A DNA stretch of 52,197 nt from a virus (lineage: Duplodnaviria; Caudoviricetes), in IMG/VR virus record IMGVR_UViG_3300032322_000313, positions 1 to 52,197 of that record. One strand, given 5' to 3'. Positions 36,132 through 47,400 of this stretch are shown in pieces. Below the pieces are notes generated by a model. The model searched no databases and was not told the origin of the DNA. It saw only the letters and a list, made by a program, of their open reading frames with translations. Made by a program: the position numbers and the translations under genes. Each line of letters begins with the position of its first letter. The stretch's first letter is position 1.

Positions 36132-36763
36132 GCGTGAGCATCGTCGCAGTAGCCTATGGTAAGACATACCGCGCCTTCCTGCCAAGATGGGCAAGAGCCG
36201 TTAGCGCACTAGAGGAAACGCCAGCGAAGATCGTTGTCGTTACCGACGACATACCGGATTGCGTGAAGCGCCTAGGCGCTGCGGCATTACGCCCCATCAC
36301 ATTCGTTCCAGCACAGGGCACATTCAGCCGCCACCCTCAGTACCTCATCAACGAGGCAATAGCGGTAACGGATAGCGAATGGGTGTGCAAGATGGATATC
36401 GACGACCTAATCTTTCCTCATGCGCTTAACGGACTGAAGTATGTTGATGCTGACGTATTCATGTTCGGGCTGCAACTGCATGAACGTAAGATGCCAGCCC
36501 ATCACGTTACCCGAGCCGACATACTTAAATCAGAACACAATCTTGTATTCTCAGGGTCACCGTTCCGGCGATGGGTATGGGAAGCGTCACCGTACCGAGA
36601 TATGATCTGCGAGGACTGGGCGTTCTGGGTTGATGCAGCCAAGAACGGTGCCCGATTTATCGCTTCACCAAACATCGACTACGAATACGTTATTCATGGG
36701 GATAACATCACGCTACACACGGATATGGAAGTTGCCGAGAACAACGTTAGGGGAATGAAGTGA
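36128..36763 (+). CDS. glycosyltransferase, GT2/GT-A-like
   Basis: WVCKMDIDD, CEDWAFW. Confidence 0.75.
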   Translation: MSVSIVAVAYGKTYRAFLPRWARAVSALEETPAKIVVVTDDIPDCVKRLGAAALRPITFVPAQGTFSRHPQYLINEAIAVTDSEWVCKMDIDDLIFPHALNGLKYVDADVFMFGLQLHERKMPAHHVTRADILKSEHNLVFSGSPFRRWVWEASPYRDMICEDWAFWVDAAKNGARFIASPNIDYEYVIHGDNITLHTDMEVAENNVRGMK

Positions 36764-37776
36764 AGATCGGAGTCACAGGCGGCGGTGGATTTATCGGCGG
36801 ATACATTGTCGAAGAGATCCAGGCACGCGGTCACGACGCGCTTGTGCTTGACCACAAGGGGCGCGGCGATAACTCTATGCTCGGTGATGTGCGTGATGCG
36901 ACCATCGTGCAGGAACTCGCGGCACACGTTGATGGAATCATTCACATGGCTGCCGTCCTCGGCACCGTAGAAACAATCGACAATCCGCTTCCCGCAGCAG
37001 AAACGAACATCATCGGAACGCTTAACGTATTCGAGTCTGCCGCGCGTTATGACCTGCCTGTTGTATTTGCTGCGGTCGGTAACGCGAACATCGCTCGCGG
37101 AACCTATTGCATTACGAAGTCGGCGGCAGAGGCATTCGTGAATATGTACCGCGAGGACCGTGGCCTCAGAGTGACCAGTGTGCGCCCTATGAATGCTTAT
37201 GGCCCTCGCCAGTCAACGCCAGCCCCATACGGAAGCAGCAAGGTCCGCAAGATTGTGCCCTCGTTCGTATGCTCTGCGCTTGCTGGTGACCCCATGCGCC
37301 TCTATGGTGGCGGGACACAGATCAGCGATAGCGTATTTGTTGCTGACGTTGCCAAGGTGTTCGTGCAGGCACTAGAGAAGGCTAACGAGGGAATCGTTCC
37401 CAACCATCCCGTCGATGTCGGTAATGCTGAGCCAACTACCGTTATCCGGGTTGCTGAAGAAGTGCAGCGTAATGTTTACGGTGCAGTGATTGAAGCGGTG
37501 CCTATGCGTAAAGGCGAGCCGCACGGTGGTCCCATCGCAACGGAGTACGACCTGCGCAAGATTATTGACGCGGTAATGATCGCTAATCCTGGTTTGCGAC
37601 CTGTCGATGTGCGCCGAACGGTTCGCCAGTTGGGTACCGTCGTATCCGCTGATGTTACAACCCTGCACGCTATCGGCATGAATCACACGGATTTCGTACC
37701 GCTCTCCGAAGGCATCACTCGGACAGTTGATTGGTACCGCGAGAACGAGGGCGTGGTGTGGCGACGCCCCAACTGA
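36760..37776 (+). CDS. NAD-dependent NDP-sugar epimerase/dehydratase
   Basis: TGGGGFIG, YCITK, NAYGPRQ. Confidence 0.85.
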   Translation: MKIGVTGGGGFIGGYIVEEIQARGHDALVLDHKGRGDNSMLGDVRDATIVQELAAHVDGIIHMAAVLGTVETIDNPLPAAETNIIGTLNVFESAARYDLPVVFAAVGNANIARGTYCITKSAAEAFVNMYREDRGLRVTSVRPMNAYGPRQSTPAPYGSSKVRKIVPSFVCSALAGDPMRLYGGGTQISDSVFVADVAKVFVQALEKANEGIVPNHPVDVGNAEPTTVIRVAEEVQRNVYGAVIEAVPMRKGEPHGGPIATEYDLRKIIDAVMIANPGLRPVDVRRTVRQLGTVVSADVTTLHAIGMNHTDFVPLSEGITRTVDWYRENEGVVWRRPN

Positions 37777-38411
37777 TCCATCGAATATGGTTTGGTCCTC
37801 GCGAAATGCCTCAGGCATACCGCGAATACGGTAATGCCTGGCGCGACTTGAATCCGGGCTGGAAGGTCATTGAGTGGGATTACAGCAATCGTCCTCCGCT
37901 TATCAACGAGTCATTATTTCTTAACTGCGGAACGGAATGGACTCCCATCGCGGGTGCCGCTAAGACAACCAGCATCACCCAAGTGGCGCAAGCAGACTTG
38001 TTGGGTTACGAACTGCTGTATCGTTACGGCGGTTTGTATGTGAATACCGATATGGAACCGTTGCGCCCGATCCCTGACGAGTTCACGCAGATGGATGTTC
38101 TGCTTGCGAATGAGATTGACGATTGGCTGATCTCTAACGCGTGGATGATGAGTGCCCCACAGCACCCGCTTATTCGTGCGGTGATTGACGCGATCCCCGG
38201 CAACATCGCGACGGAGACACGTTCGATTGACTGGCAGACCGGGCCAAAGTTGCTGACGCGGATTAAGGAACAGCAGTACCCGGATACGCCTGTGCTGCCT
38301 GCCCGGTTCTGTAATCCGTGGACGGATACGCCGTGGGGCGAACCGCACCCCGACTCTATTTGCGCGCATCATTGGGGGCATAAGCACCCCGATCATTTAC
38401 TGTGGGGCTGA
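37758..38411 (+). CDS. glycosyltransferase, GT32 (DXD sugar-binding) family
   Basis: PQLIHRIWFG, ADLLGYELLYRYGGLYVNTDME, TGP, HHWG. Confidence 0.85.
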   Translation: MATPQLIHRIWFGPREMPQAYREYGNAWRDLNPGWKVIEWDYSNRPPLINESLFLNCGTEWTPIAGAAKTTSITQVAQADLLGYELLYRYGGLYVNTDMEPLRPIPDEFTQMDVLLANEIDDWLISNAWMMSAPQHPLIRAVIDAIPGNIATETRSIDWQTGPKLLTRIKEQQYPDTPVLPARFCNPWTDTPWGEPHPDSICAHHWGHKHPDHLLWG

Positions 38412-39068
38412 AGGTCCATTACCTATCGGGCGACGATCCCACCTGATCCTGATGTGCTGGTTTTGGTACTGGTTAGCAGGCCAGATACCGAACGCCTTAC
38501 CCTCACGCCACAACAAATACGGCAACGAGACTTGATCTTGGCAGCCCCACGCATACTGCTCGCTTAGCCACGCATCCCCGAACGCACGCGCCCCATCCGT
38601 GAACCGCCAGCCAATCATCCCGCACGCGAACAACCCCCACCCCGCAGGCATCCCATCGGCTTCATATGCTGCGACCTGACCGCGCAAGTCATACCGTGCG
38701 TACTTAGGCCAGTCCCAACAGATCGCAGCCTCATCCCGGTAACACGTTCTGCCTTCCGGGTGCGACCAGACCATAAGATCGTTAGCGGCTAGTTGTGGCT
38801 CTACCCACGCGCGGAGATCGGGGGACGTTACTTCGATGGAGGCGTCAAGGTAGATTGCGGCGTCGCAGTCCGTGTAGCGCCAGGGCTGCATCTTCGCCGT
38901 CTTACTGTCTAGGCGTGGATCATCTGTGCCCTCTTGCGTGATGACGCGCCACCCGTCAGGGGCACCATCCGGCGAATCAGTCACGCACACGGCGTCATCG
39001 AACCCCGCAGGCGGTGAACCTAGCGGATCGTAATCCCCAAACAGGGAAGTAACCAGCGCGATACGCAC
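38397..39068 (-). CDS. DUF616 (TOD1/MUCI70-like) glycosyltransferase-like protein
   Basis: TSLFGDYD, VCVTD, IYLDAS, HP..R.C...E, DQVSLPY. Confidence 0.75.
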   Translation of the reverse strand: MRIALVTSLFGDYDPLGSPPAGFDDAVCVTDSPDGAPDGWRVITQEGTDDPRLDSKTAKMQPWRYTDCDAAIYLDASIEVTSPDLRAWVEPQLAANDLMVWSHPEGRTCYRDEAAICWDWPKYARYDLRGQVAAYEADGMPAGWGLFACGMIGWRFTDGARAFGDAWLSEQYAWGCQDQVSLPYLLWREGKAFGIWPANQYQNQHIRIRWDRRPIGNGPSAPQ

Positions 39069-39074
39069 CAGTAG

Positions 39075-39473
39075 TTACTCTCCACCGTCCACGAGAACCC
39101 ACGACTCCGTAGCCTCATCCCATGTGTATGTGCCACCGTCAGTCGGGTAAGGAACCGGGGCTTCCCACAGACAAGTCTCCTCGTCCAGAATCCACGACGG
39201 GTACGGCTGCGGAGGAACGAACGCCCCATCCGGCACGTTCAGATCATCACGGAACGAGTAGCCGATACCAGCGTAGTTCTTGCGGAACGAGTGCGACTGA
39301 TCCTCTGACGGCTCACCCGTAGCGGGATCGTAGTGAACGCCGCCGCGAGTGTTGTAGGACGTGCGCTTCGCGCCGTAATAGGTTTCCCAGTTGCCGGGTG
39401 CCTCGTCCTCATCCTTGCCGACGATAACGTCCGTCACGATGTTGTCATCGTCTAGGTATGCGTAGTGAGCCAT
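39075..39473 (-). CDS. tail-fibre-associated protein
   Basis: MAHYAYLD..NIVT.VIVG, TSYNT, FRKNYAGIG, PYPSW.L, YTWDE. Follows the Gly-rich fibre. Confidence 0.75.
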   Translation of the reverse strand: MAHYAYLDDDNIVTDVIVGKDEDEAPGNWETYYGAKRTSYNTRGGVHYDPATGEPSEDQSHSFRKNYAGIGYSFRDDLNVPDGAFVPPQPYPSWILDEETCLWEAPVPYPTDGGTYTWDEATESWVLVDGGE

Positions 39474-39488
39474 GATCTGTGTTCCCTC

Positions 39489-42131
39489 CTAAGAGAACGT
39501 TACCGTATCGGACACGCCAGCAGCGGTAACCGTGTAGATGTTAAAGCCACCTGATGTTGCGGAAGATGATGTTACGCCGCCAGAGAACGTCGCCGTGCGG
39601 GTGCTTGGAATCTTAATAACGACGATGCCGGAACCACCAGCAGGGGCAACAGCGACACGGTTAGTGCCTCCACCACCACCGCCCGTATTCGTGCCTCCCG
39701 CGCCACCCGTTCCATCTGAGTTTGTAGAACCTGATACTCCGTTATTAAGCGCAGAGGCACCGCCAGCGCCGCCCGATCCTGAGCCGCCTTGCGTTGACTT
39801 ACCGCCACCGCCGCCACCGCCGATACCGCCAGCACCACCATTACTACCATTGTTGTATGCGGAACCGCCGCCACCACCAGCCCAATAGAGCGAGGTGCCG
39901 CGAATAGAGTTCTCAATACCCGCACCACCTGCGCTGCCGTTGCCATCTGTGGCATTAGCGCCAGCGGCACCAGCGCCGCCACCGCCAGCACCAGAGTTCG
40001 TAAAGTTAGCGTTAGTCTCGTCGCCGCCCTTGTTCCCTTGACCGCTTGTTCCCGCACCACCAAGGTTTGTGCCGATGTTTTGATTAGAGCCAGCGCCACC
40101 GCCAGAGCCGCCAGAGTTACCGTCCGTGCTGGCACCAGTCGAACCGCCTCCACCACCGCCACCGCCGACAGGGATAAACGTCCTAAACTTACTAGTAGAT
40201 CCGTTGCTCCCTTGATCGTCTGATGTGGCTCCCGCTCCACCAGCGCCGACAGTGATCGCGTAGGGAAAAGACGGGAAACTTTGCACGCTGCCGGAAAGAA
40301 CTCCACCGCCGCCGCCGCCGCCAGCGTTATGAGCGCCGCCACCGCCGCCACCCGCGACGACAAGATACTCAGCAGTAAACAGATCAGCGTCAGCGAACAC
40401 ATACATGCGGTCATTCGCACCAGCAGCCGTCACCGTGTAAACACGATCAGACCCCGTAGTCGCAGACGATGAAGTCACACCATCCGTGAACAGAGCCGTG
40501 TGAGTGTTAGGGATACGGATGATGACAACACCAGAACCACCAGTACCGCCAGCCTGACCAGAACCAGACGAGGCATTACCAGCGCCGCCACCGCCACCAG
40601 TATTCGCCGTGCCAGCCGTACCAGGGGCAGCGGAGGAACCGCCTCCACCCGTGCCACCAGCACCCGGATTCGCGCCATTATCGCCAGCGCCACCGCCACC
40701 GCCACCGCCACGAGTAACGCTCGATCCCGTGATGGAAGATGCTAGTCCGTTACCGCCAGCGCCACCCGTGTTAATGCCGGGTGAATCTGCGCCGACTGCG
40801 CCAGCGCCACCGCCGCCGCCGCCAGCACCAGAACCAGTACCAGAACCGTCACCACCGTTAAAGCCTTGTGCGGTTGTGCCTACTCCGATTGCGCCGCTAG
40901 AACCAGCACCGCCACCGCCTCCAGCACCACCCGTGCCGCCAGTCAGGTTGTATCCGGCACCGCGCCCACCGCCGATAGAAGTGAACCCGGCTAGAGTGGA
41001 ATCGCTACCATTCACACCGCTGTTATTGCCGTTATCGGCAGCGCCACCAGCGCCACCAGCGCCCACCGTGACTTTGTAGGCGGTCCCTGTTCGCAGATAG
41101 AACGCGGGTTCAGCGGAGGTATTCCGTCCAGATGTAGCGCCGACAACGTTCGTTCGATAGCCGCCTGCGCCGCCGCCGCCTGCGTGCCAGCGTGCGCCAC
41201 CTCCACCGCCGCCGCCAACGATCAGGTAAGACGCCAGCACCAGCGCAGAGTTAGCGAAGAACGAAACCGTATCCGACACACCAGCAGCAGTAACCGTGTA
41301 AACCTTATCCGTGCCAGTAGTTGTCTCTGTGTAGGTTACGCCGCTAGTGAATACAGCCGTGAACGTGTTAGGGATACGGAGGATGACAAGACCGGAACCA
41401 CCAAGACCGCCGTTACTGTTGCCGACACCAGACGTAGAGCCGCCGCCACCACCGCCACCGCCCGTGTTCGCATCGCCTGCCTCACCAGGGGTTGCGTTAG
41501 ATGTTCGACCATCGCCACCGCCGCCAGAGCCACCGACCGAAGGCGTGCCGCCCTGACGACCACCGCCGCCACCACCCGCATAAGTAACTGACGTTCCGGT
41601 GATGCTACTTGCCGCGCCGTTGCCCCCATTACCAGAGCCAGAGCCAGCCACTCCGACCGCGCCAGCGCCACCGCCGCCACCGCCGCCGTAGTTACCTGTC
41701 GTTCCACCTACCCCACCGTTGTTGCCTTGACCGCTCGTGGCTGTGCCCCCGGCACCGCCAGTCCCGCCTACGTTGCCGCCACCGCCGCCGCCTGATCCAC
41801 CGTTGCCGCCAGTCGGGGTGCCGTCGAAAGCAAAGCGACCACCGCCGCCACCGCCAACCGCAGACGCACTAGAGCCAAAGGATGACGTGCTTCCTTGTCC
41901 TCCTGCGGCTGCCCCGGTGCCAGCAGAACCACCGCCACCAACAGTCACCGTGTAGGCACTCGCGGTTACTGCGCTAAAAGCGGAAGCCGATAGCAAACCG
42001 CCTGCGCCGCCGCCGCCACCGAAAGAGCCACCGCCGCCACCGCCAGCAACCACAAGGTATTGCAACGACAACGCGCTAGGCGCGATAGCACCCTGCGACG
42101 CAAGCGCCCCTAGAATCCGCAGAAGAGACAT
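39489..42131 (-). CDS. glycine-rich tail fibre/spike protein with three tandem modules
   Basis: Three YL(V/I)V(A/G)GGGGGG ... GGSGxVxxxIP...YTVTAAG units. Confidence 0.8.
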   Translation of the reverse strand: MSLLRILGALASQGAIAPSALSLQYLVVAGGGGGGSFGGGGGAGGLLSASAFSAVTASAYTVTVGGGGSAGTGAAAGGQGSTSSFGSSASAVGGGGGGRFAFDGTPTGGNGGSGGGGGGNVGGTGGAGGTATSGQGNNGGVGGTTGNYGGGGGGGAGAVGVAGSGSGNGGNGAASSITGTSVTYAGGGGGGRQGGTPSVGGSGGGGDGRTSNATPGEAGDANTGGGGGGGGSTSGVGNSNGGLGGSGLVILRIPNTFTAVFTSGVTYTETTTGTDKVYTVTAAGVSDTVSFFANSALVLASYLIVGGGGGGGARWHAGGGGAGGYRTNVVGATSGRNTSAEPAFYLRTGTAYKVTVGAGGAGGAADNGNNSGVNGSDSTLAGFTSIGGGRGAGYNLTGGTGGAGGGGGAGSSGAIGVGTTAQGFNGGDGSGTGSGAGGGGGGAGAVGADSPGINTGGAGGNGLASSITGSSVTRGGGGGGGAGDNGANPGAGGTGGGGSSAAPGTAGTANTGGGGGAGNASSGSGQAGGTGGSGVVIIRIPNTHTALFTDGVTSSSATTGSDRVYTVTAAGANDRMYVFADADLFTAEYLVVAGGGGGGAHNAGGGGGGGVLSGSVQSFPSFPYAITVGAGGAGATSDDQGSNGSTSKFRTFIPVGGGGGGGGSTGASTDGNSGGSGGGAGSNQNIGTNLGGAGTSGQGNKGGDETNANFTNSGAGGGGAGAAGANATDGNGSAGGAGIENSIRGTSLYWAGGGGGSAYNNGSNGGAGGIGGGGGGGKSTQGGSGSGGAGGASALNNGVSGSTNSDGTGGAGGTNTGGGGGGTNRVAVAPAGGSGIVVIKIPSTRTATFSGGVTSSSATSGGFNIYTVTAAGVSDTVTFS

Positions 42132-42134
42132 AAC

Positions 42135-42512
42135 TCAGTCAATGCTCCCAATGGCGATCCAAGTATTCGACGCCGACTTAAACAACTGCGCCGCCGTATA
42201 CGCGCCAGTCAGGGAAACCGCGCTACCCGAACCCACCGTAGAGTTCAGCGTCACCAGTGAAGCGCCTTGGATCGTGACGGAGGCGTTACCTCCTGAGAGG
42301 ACGCCGATAGTTGTCCCGGTAACGAACGACGCGGAGGACTCAGCCGGGATCGTGACCGTCTGCGCGACGCTACCGGACAGCAGCACAACCTTCCCCGCAT
42401 CCGTCAGCGCGAGCGTGTATGCGGAGGCAGTCTGCTGGTTCACAGTAGGCGCGTTAATAGCGTTATTGAGGTTCGCGGCGGTGAGAACTTCACCGGGAAC
42501 AAACTGAGCCAT
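42135..42512 (-). CDS. minor tail / fibre-associated protein
   Basis: GEVLTAANLN, YTLALTDAGK, NTWIAIG. Confidence 0.7.
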   Translation of the reverse strand: MAQFVPGEVLTAANLNNAINAPTVNQQTASAYTLALTDAGKVVLLSGSVAQTVTIPAESSASFVTGTTIGVLSGGNASVTIQGASLVTLNSTVGSGSAVSLTGAYTAAQLFKSASNTWIAIGSID

Positions 42513-42528
42513 GAGGACTTTCCTTCCG

Positions 42529-44442
42529 TCAGAATCCGAGTTTACTAGAGTTCAGCACACCGAACGCAGGACTATCCAGAACGAATCCTGGGGAGGCGTC
42601 CGACAGGTCAAGCGTCATCCGATGATCGCTTGGAGTAATAGAGTGCTCTAACGCATCCACCGTCAGGTAACGGTCGATAGGTAGCCCCACCCCTTGTGGC
42701 GTGAACGTCACCCGCACAACGTCACCCAAGTCCAGCGAGAACACCTCTGACCTTTGGCTGATCGTCAACATGCCTACGTCTACCGTGATCCGGTCAATGC
42801 GAATCTTAGGCTCCGCGTACTCCTGCACGATCCACGTTGCCAGAGTCTCTGCCTGTTCGTCGCTAGATAGCAGACTGTCCTGCAACTGGTAGGCGATAAC
42901 GCCGTACTCGTCCACGCTATCCTGACTCGTTACCGTGATAAGCGACCCACCCACCCGGTTAATCGTCACCTGATTCCTGACGTTATCCACCCCGTAGTCA
43001 ATGGACACATCCACGAACGGGATATCCCCCGTATCAGAGAACGTCACGCCCGTCAGCGTTTGCGCCGTCGCGCGTGAACGGAACCTCAGAACCCCCGCCC
43101 CGTCAATGAACAACGCGCCCGGCTCCGCAGACTCCACCTGTTGCAAGTATTGGAGCGTGTTCACGGGCTGCGGATCAGTAGTTCCCCCAATGTCCTGCGC
43201 CCCCAACGTCGCCGCGCCCGTGTCAATCGCACGCGAACCCGCAGGCCACCCCACTTCTGTCAAGTCCAGAACCCGCTCTACGCGCTCACCGCTAGTTTCG
43301 GCAGGCACACTCACCGGGTTAATGAGCGTTTGGGCTAGGCGAGTGAAACCGTCAGCCCCGCGAACCGTCGCCGTCGAATCGTTATTGAGTGAGAACTGGT
43401 AATCCCAATCCTCCACAAGCCCCGTGAACACCGCGCCACCGTCAAGCGTGATCTGCATCTCCTTGCGCGGCTTAACGCTAGGGAAGTACGGGGAACCCGT
43501 CCCCGGAATCCCGTACACAAGATTAGACGTACTGTTATTGGGGGTGCCGTTCCATGACGTAGACGCTGACAGGATCGTGCCGTCAGCAGCCCCACCATCA
43601 AAGTACGGCAACACGGTACTACCTGTCTCGCACAACACCGCGTCCACACGGAACTGAGAACTCGTGCCGCCTGCGAGCGACGCGCTCCCCAACTGCCCCA
43701 ACACCGGATCATCCAACGTGAACCGTTGCGGAGTCTCGTCAGCGCCGAACGCCACAACAATATCTGCGACGCTCGCGCCCGTAGTGATGACGGATGAGAT
43801 GCGTTCCCAATCCGCGATAGTTGCCTGAGCGGGAGGGATAAGACCGGACGGCGACGCACTGAAACCGACAGTACCCGCCACGCCATTAGTCGTGTCTTTC
43901 GTTGCCAGGAATACGCCAGCACCCGACACCGGATACACATAGCCACTAACGATAAGCGTCGTATTCGCCGGAAGTCCGGTCAGGATCGTGTGGAAACCTT
44001 GACTGGCAGACGTATCACCCGTCGTCACAAGCGCAGCAGCAGCCCCAAACGCAGACACCGCAGTAGTTCCAAGCGACGCACCCGCCGTAGTGAAGTCAGT
44101 AGCCGACGCAGACCAGCCCGTAGTGTCCACTTCGAACGACGGATTAGGTACATAGTTAAGGCGAGTCGCAGTCTCAATCGCGTTACTAGGATCGTACTGG
44201 CGTTCCCTATTCGCCAGCACCACGTTAGCCGTTCCAGTCTCAAACTTATCCAACTGCCATGAACGACCACGCCGCACCTGGACAGACCGAACATCCTCAG
44301 TAACATCCGTCAGAACATCGCCAGCGAGAACATACGTCGTGTTATCTAACTCGCCTTTCACGGCATCGTTGAGAGTGAAGAAGTTTCCCTGCCCTGATAC
44401 GGATAGATCGAATGCAATGAAGACTTTCGTGTCGGCTCTCAT
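42529..44442 (-). CDS. minor tail (hub/baseplate) protein with inserted carbohydrate-binding-like segment
   Basis: Follows TMP. VRRGRS, NPSFEVDTTGW...YFDG insert, GALFIDGAG. Confidence 0.75.
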   Translation of the reverse strand: MRADTKVFIAFDLSVSGQGNFFTLNDAVKGELDNTTYVLAGDVLTDVTEDVRSVQVRRGRSWQLDKFETGTANVVLANRERQYDPSNAIETATRLNYVPNPSFEVDTTGWSASATDFTTAGASLGTTAVSAFGAAAALVTTGDTSASQGFHTILTGLPANTTLIVSGYVYPVSGAGVFLATKDTTNGVAGTVGFSASPSGLIPPAQATIADWERISSVITTGASVADIVVAFGADETPQRFTLDDPVLGQLGSASLAGGTSSQFRVDAVLCETGSTVLPYFDGGAADGTILSASTSWNGTPNNSTSNLVYGIPGTGSPYFPSVKPRKEMQITLDGGAVFTGLVEDWDYQFSLNNDSTATVRGADGFTRLAQTLINPVSVPAETSGERVERVLDLTEVGWPAGSRAIDTGAATLGAQDIGGTTDPQPVNTLQYLQQVESAEPGALFIDGAGVLRFRSRATAQTLTGVTFSDTGDIPFVDVSIDYGVDNVRNQVTINRVGGSLITVTSQDSVDEYGVIAYQLQDSLLSSDEQAETLATWIVQEYAEPKIRIDRITVDVGMLTISQRSEVFSLDLGDVVRVTFTPQGVGLPIDRYLTVDALEHSITPSDHRMTLDLSDASPGFVLDSPAFGVLNSSKLGF

Positions 44443-47400
44443 CCCGTGACCTTCACCGGAATGGGACCGTTACGCCTTTCGTATCTGCGCAGGGAGTCCA
44501 CGATCTGGCGTCCAACATCATCACCGTTCGTGCCCATGCCAGCGTTTACGGTCACGTTGATTACTGTCCCTGCCGCGCCACCGCCACGCGCACCCATCGC
44601 AGGCACGGTACCCAACTGGTTATTCGGGATGATATTGCCGTTGAACCCTGGCACGAACAGTTCCGGTCCACGCTCACCCACGAGATACGCGGTACGCGCA
44701 GCCACGGGTCCACCCATAGCACGCTTAGGGATCTTCGCCGCAGGAGGCGGAGTCACAGGCATCACAGCCTGATACACCGTCTGCACCGTTACGGTCGCGG
44801 TGCGTGTAAGTGACGCAGCCAACTGATCCATGAGGGTGTTTAGTTTCTTGTACACCGCAGGATACTTCTTCTGGAACCCTTCCAGCAGTTTCTCTCCGGC
44901 CTTCACTCCCGCTTCCGCGCTCCTCGTGGCGGTCGTGTTCAGCATCGTGAGGATCTTCTCCTCAATCTGTGCTGCCACCGCATCCATCTGCGCCTGCAAG
45001 TCAGCGGCCTTCGTCTCCAACTCAGACTTCTTCTTGTTGTATTCCGTGTCAATTAGCGTGAGTGCAGCCTGCCGCTCAGTACGCAACTTATCCAGTTGTG
45101 CGCGAGCAGCCGCTAGTTCCTTATCCCGCAGAGCGTTAGCGTCATCTAGCGCCTTCTGTGCGGCGTCACGCGCAACCTCCAGCGGGGTGACGATGGCCTG
45201 CTGCTGTGCGATAGCGGCATCGTGCCACTGGGCGGAGGCATACTTCCCGAAGTTCTCAGCCTCCGACAGCAACTGAGTCTGGACAGAGTTGATCGCCGTG
45301 ATGTCCTCTTGTGAACCAGCAGCGAGAGCAGCAGCGGCTTCACCAGCGCCGGACACACCAGCAGATACGAAGTCCTGAACCAGCGACGGATCCAGGCCAC
45401 GCTGCATCAGCGTCTTGATGTTACGGGAGAAGTCACGGACCGCCGCGAGGCGCTCCTCCAGCGTCTGCCGGATAGCGGCAGGACCGCCACCAACTTCCAG
45501 TTCACGCTCCAGGGTTACCGTGATGCCGTCAGCAAGGCGCTTCGTTTCCCGCACGATCTGCTTGGATGCGGAACGCGACTGGAACGTCAGGCTGTTCACG
45601 AACGAGCGGAACCCGGACTTGATCTGCCCGACGAACTCGTCACGCTGCGTGATGAGCCGCTGAAGTACCGCGTTCTCCTTATCGAACGCTGCCGTTGCGT
45701 TCTTTAGCGCAGCCTCCAGGCCAGGGATCGCCGCAGCCCAACGATCCTCAATCGCCTTGATGTTCTCCTCTGCCTTCTTCTCGGCAGCATCATAGAAAGC
45801 GTTAGTATCAGCGATGGACTTCTGGTAATCCTGCTCCAGAGTCTCCAACTCCTGCATAACCGTGTCGTACTGCTCGCGCAGTTGCACCGCCTGCTGAGTG
45901 AGTTTCCGCAGTTCACCGATGGTGGCCTGCATCTCCTTACGGTTACGGGCAGCAGCCTTTGCCCCCACGATAGACGCGTCCGTGAGAACGGAGTATGCCT
46001 GCTTCACTTGCGACTGTAGGGTTAGGAACCCGTCAATCACGCTATCTATGTCGGCTTCACTACCGAACATCTCAGAGATCTGGGACTGGCGACCGAACGG
46101 GCGAGCGACCAGTGCACCCAGGGAAGTGAATGCCTCACCCGCATACTGCACTTTCTCGTTAATGCGGTCAATCGCTTGCCCGAGTTCTAGCAGTGCAGCG
46201 AGCGCCTGCTTATTATCCTTGATGAACTTTTCGGCACCCTTAACACCGAGTTGCGCTTCCAGCGGTGTCTTGGTGGGAATGGATCCGAAGATCTCGTTGA
46301 TCGCAGCAGCGACAGAACCACCACTCTCGCGCAGCGAAGTGGCGAAAGCCTCTGCCATACCCTTCGCCAGTTTCCTGCTCTCACCCTTCGCCTTCGGGAT
46401 GATGCTCGTAATAGCACGGATTAGGGTTGGTGACATGCGTAGCCACCCCATCGCGACACCGCGCACCATATCGTCGCCCGTCCTGGCGAACAGGCGCGAC
46501 GGCGACTGTGACTCTGCTGCTGCATCGGCAGCAGCCTTCGCCTGAGCGATAACCCTAGCGACGGCAGCCTGAACGATCGGGCTGGAAGCCTGGATACCGT
46601 TAGCGAGGCCGGATCCGATGGACTTACCCGTCAGTTGTCCGTTGTTGAAAGCGGTCGGGCGGAGCGCCGTCGTGCCGCTCTTGATGATGCCTGCCAGTTG
46701 CGGTTCCAGCGTAAGCCCCAACTGCTCCTTCGCTGCATTACTCGCGCCAGTAGCCAGACGCTCCATAGCGTCGGCGGTCATCGGTGCGCCAGCCTTCACC
46801 GACTTATCGAACGCTTTCTCAACCTCAGTCTTGAAATTAGTGTCACCGACAGCCTTAGCCGCACTACGCATGATGTCGGAAACGCTGGCAGGCAAATCCT
46901 CCATGGAGCCGAGGAACGCCTCAATATCCTTGGGCTTAATGCCGCTTGCGCGTAGTGACGCGACAATCTTAATAAGTTCGCCAGTAAAGATTGCGCGCTG
47001 CGTGGGGATATCATCCGAAAGCGACTGCGCGGCTTGTGCTGACTGTTCGAAAGCATCGACGACAGCGGCACGGAAATCACGGGCCTTAGGTGTTTGGCCC
47101 ATGAGATTACTACCGAACTCAACGGATGCCGCTCCCAGATTGTCGATAGCCTCCGCTGCCGCATCAACCGCGCTGATCTGCCCGGTCGTGACAAGCCACG
47201 AATCATATTCCTGCTTCATGAAATCAAGTTGGGTGACTGCGTTACCCGCAGCATCCGTAACAGTATTGACCGCTCCCGCGAGTGCCTGAGTCGGACCGAT
47301 AGCGTTACCTGCTGCGATAGCAGACTGCACAGTTGCAGAGGTCATCGCGGACTCTGCCGTTGCAGCACGATTCGCTGAGATCTCACGAGCGGCTGCGGCC

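Noticed and set aside
39489-42131. Fibre repeats as a diversity-generating retroelement TR/VR pair
   Set aside because: No reverse transcriptase and no adenine-specific mismatch pattern was seen.
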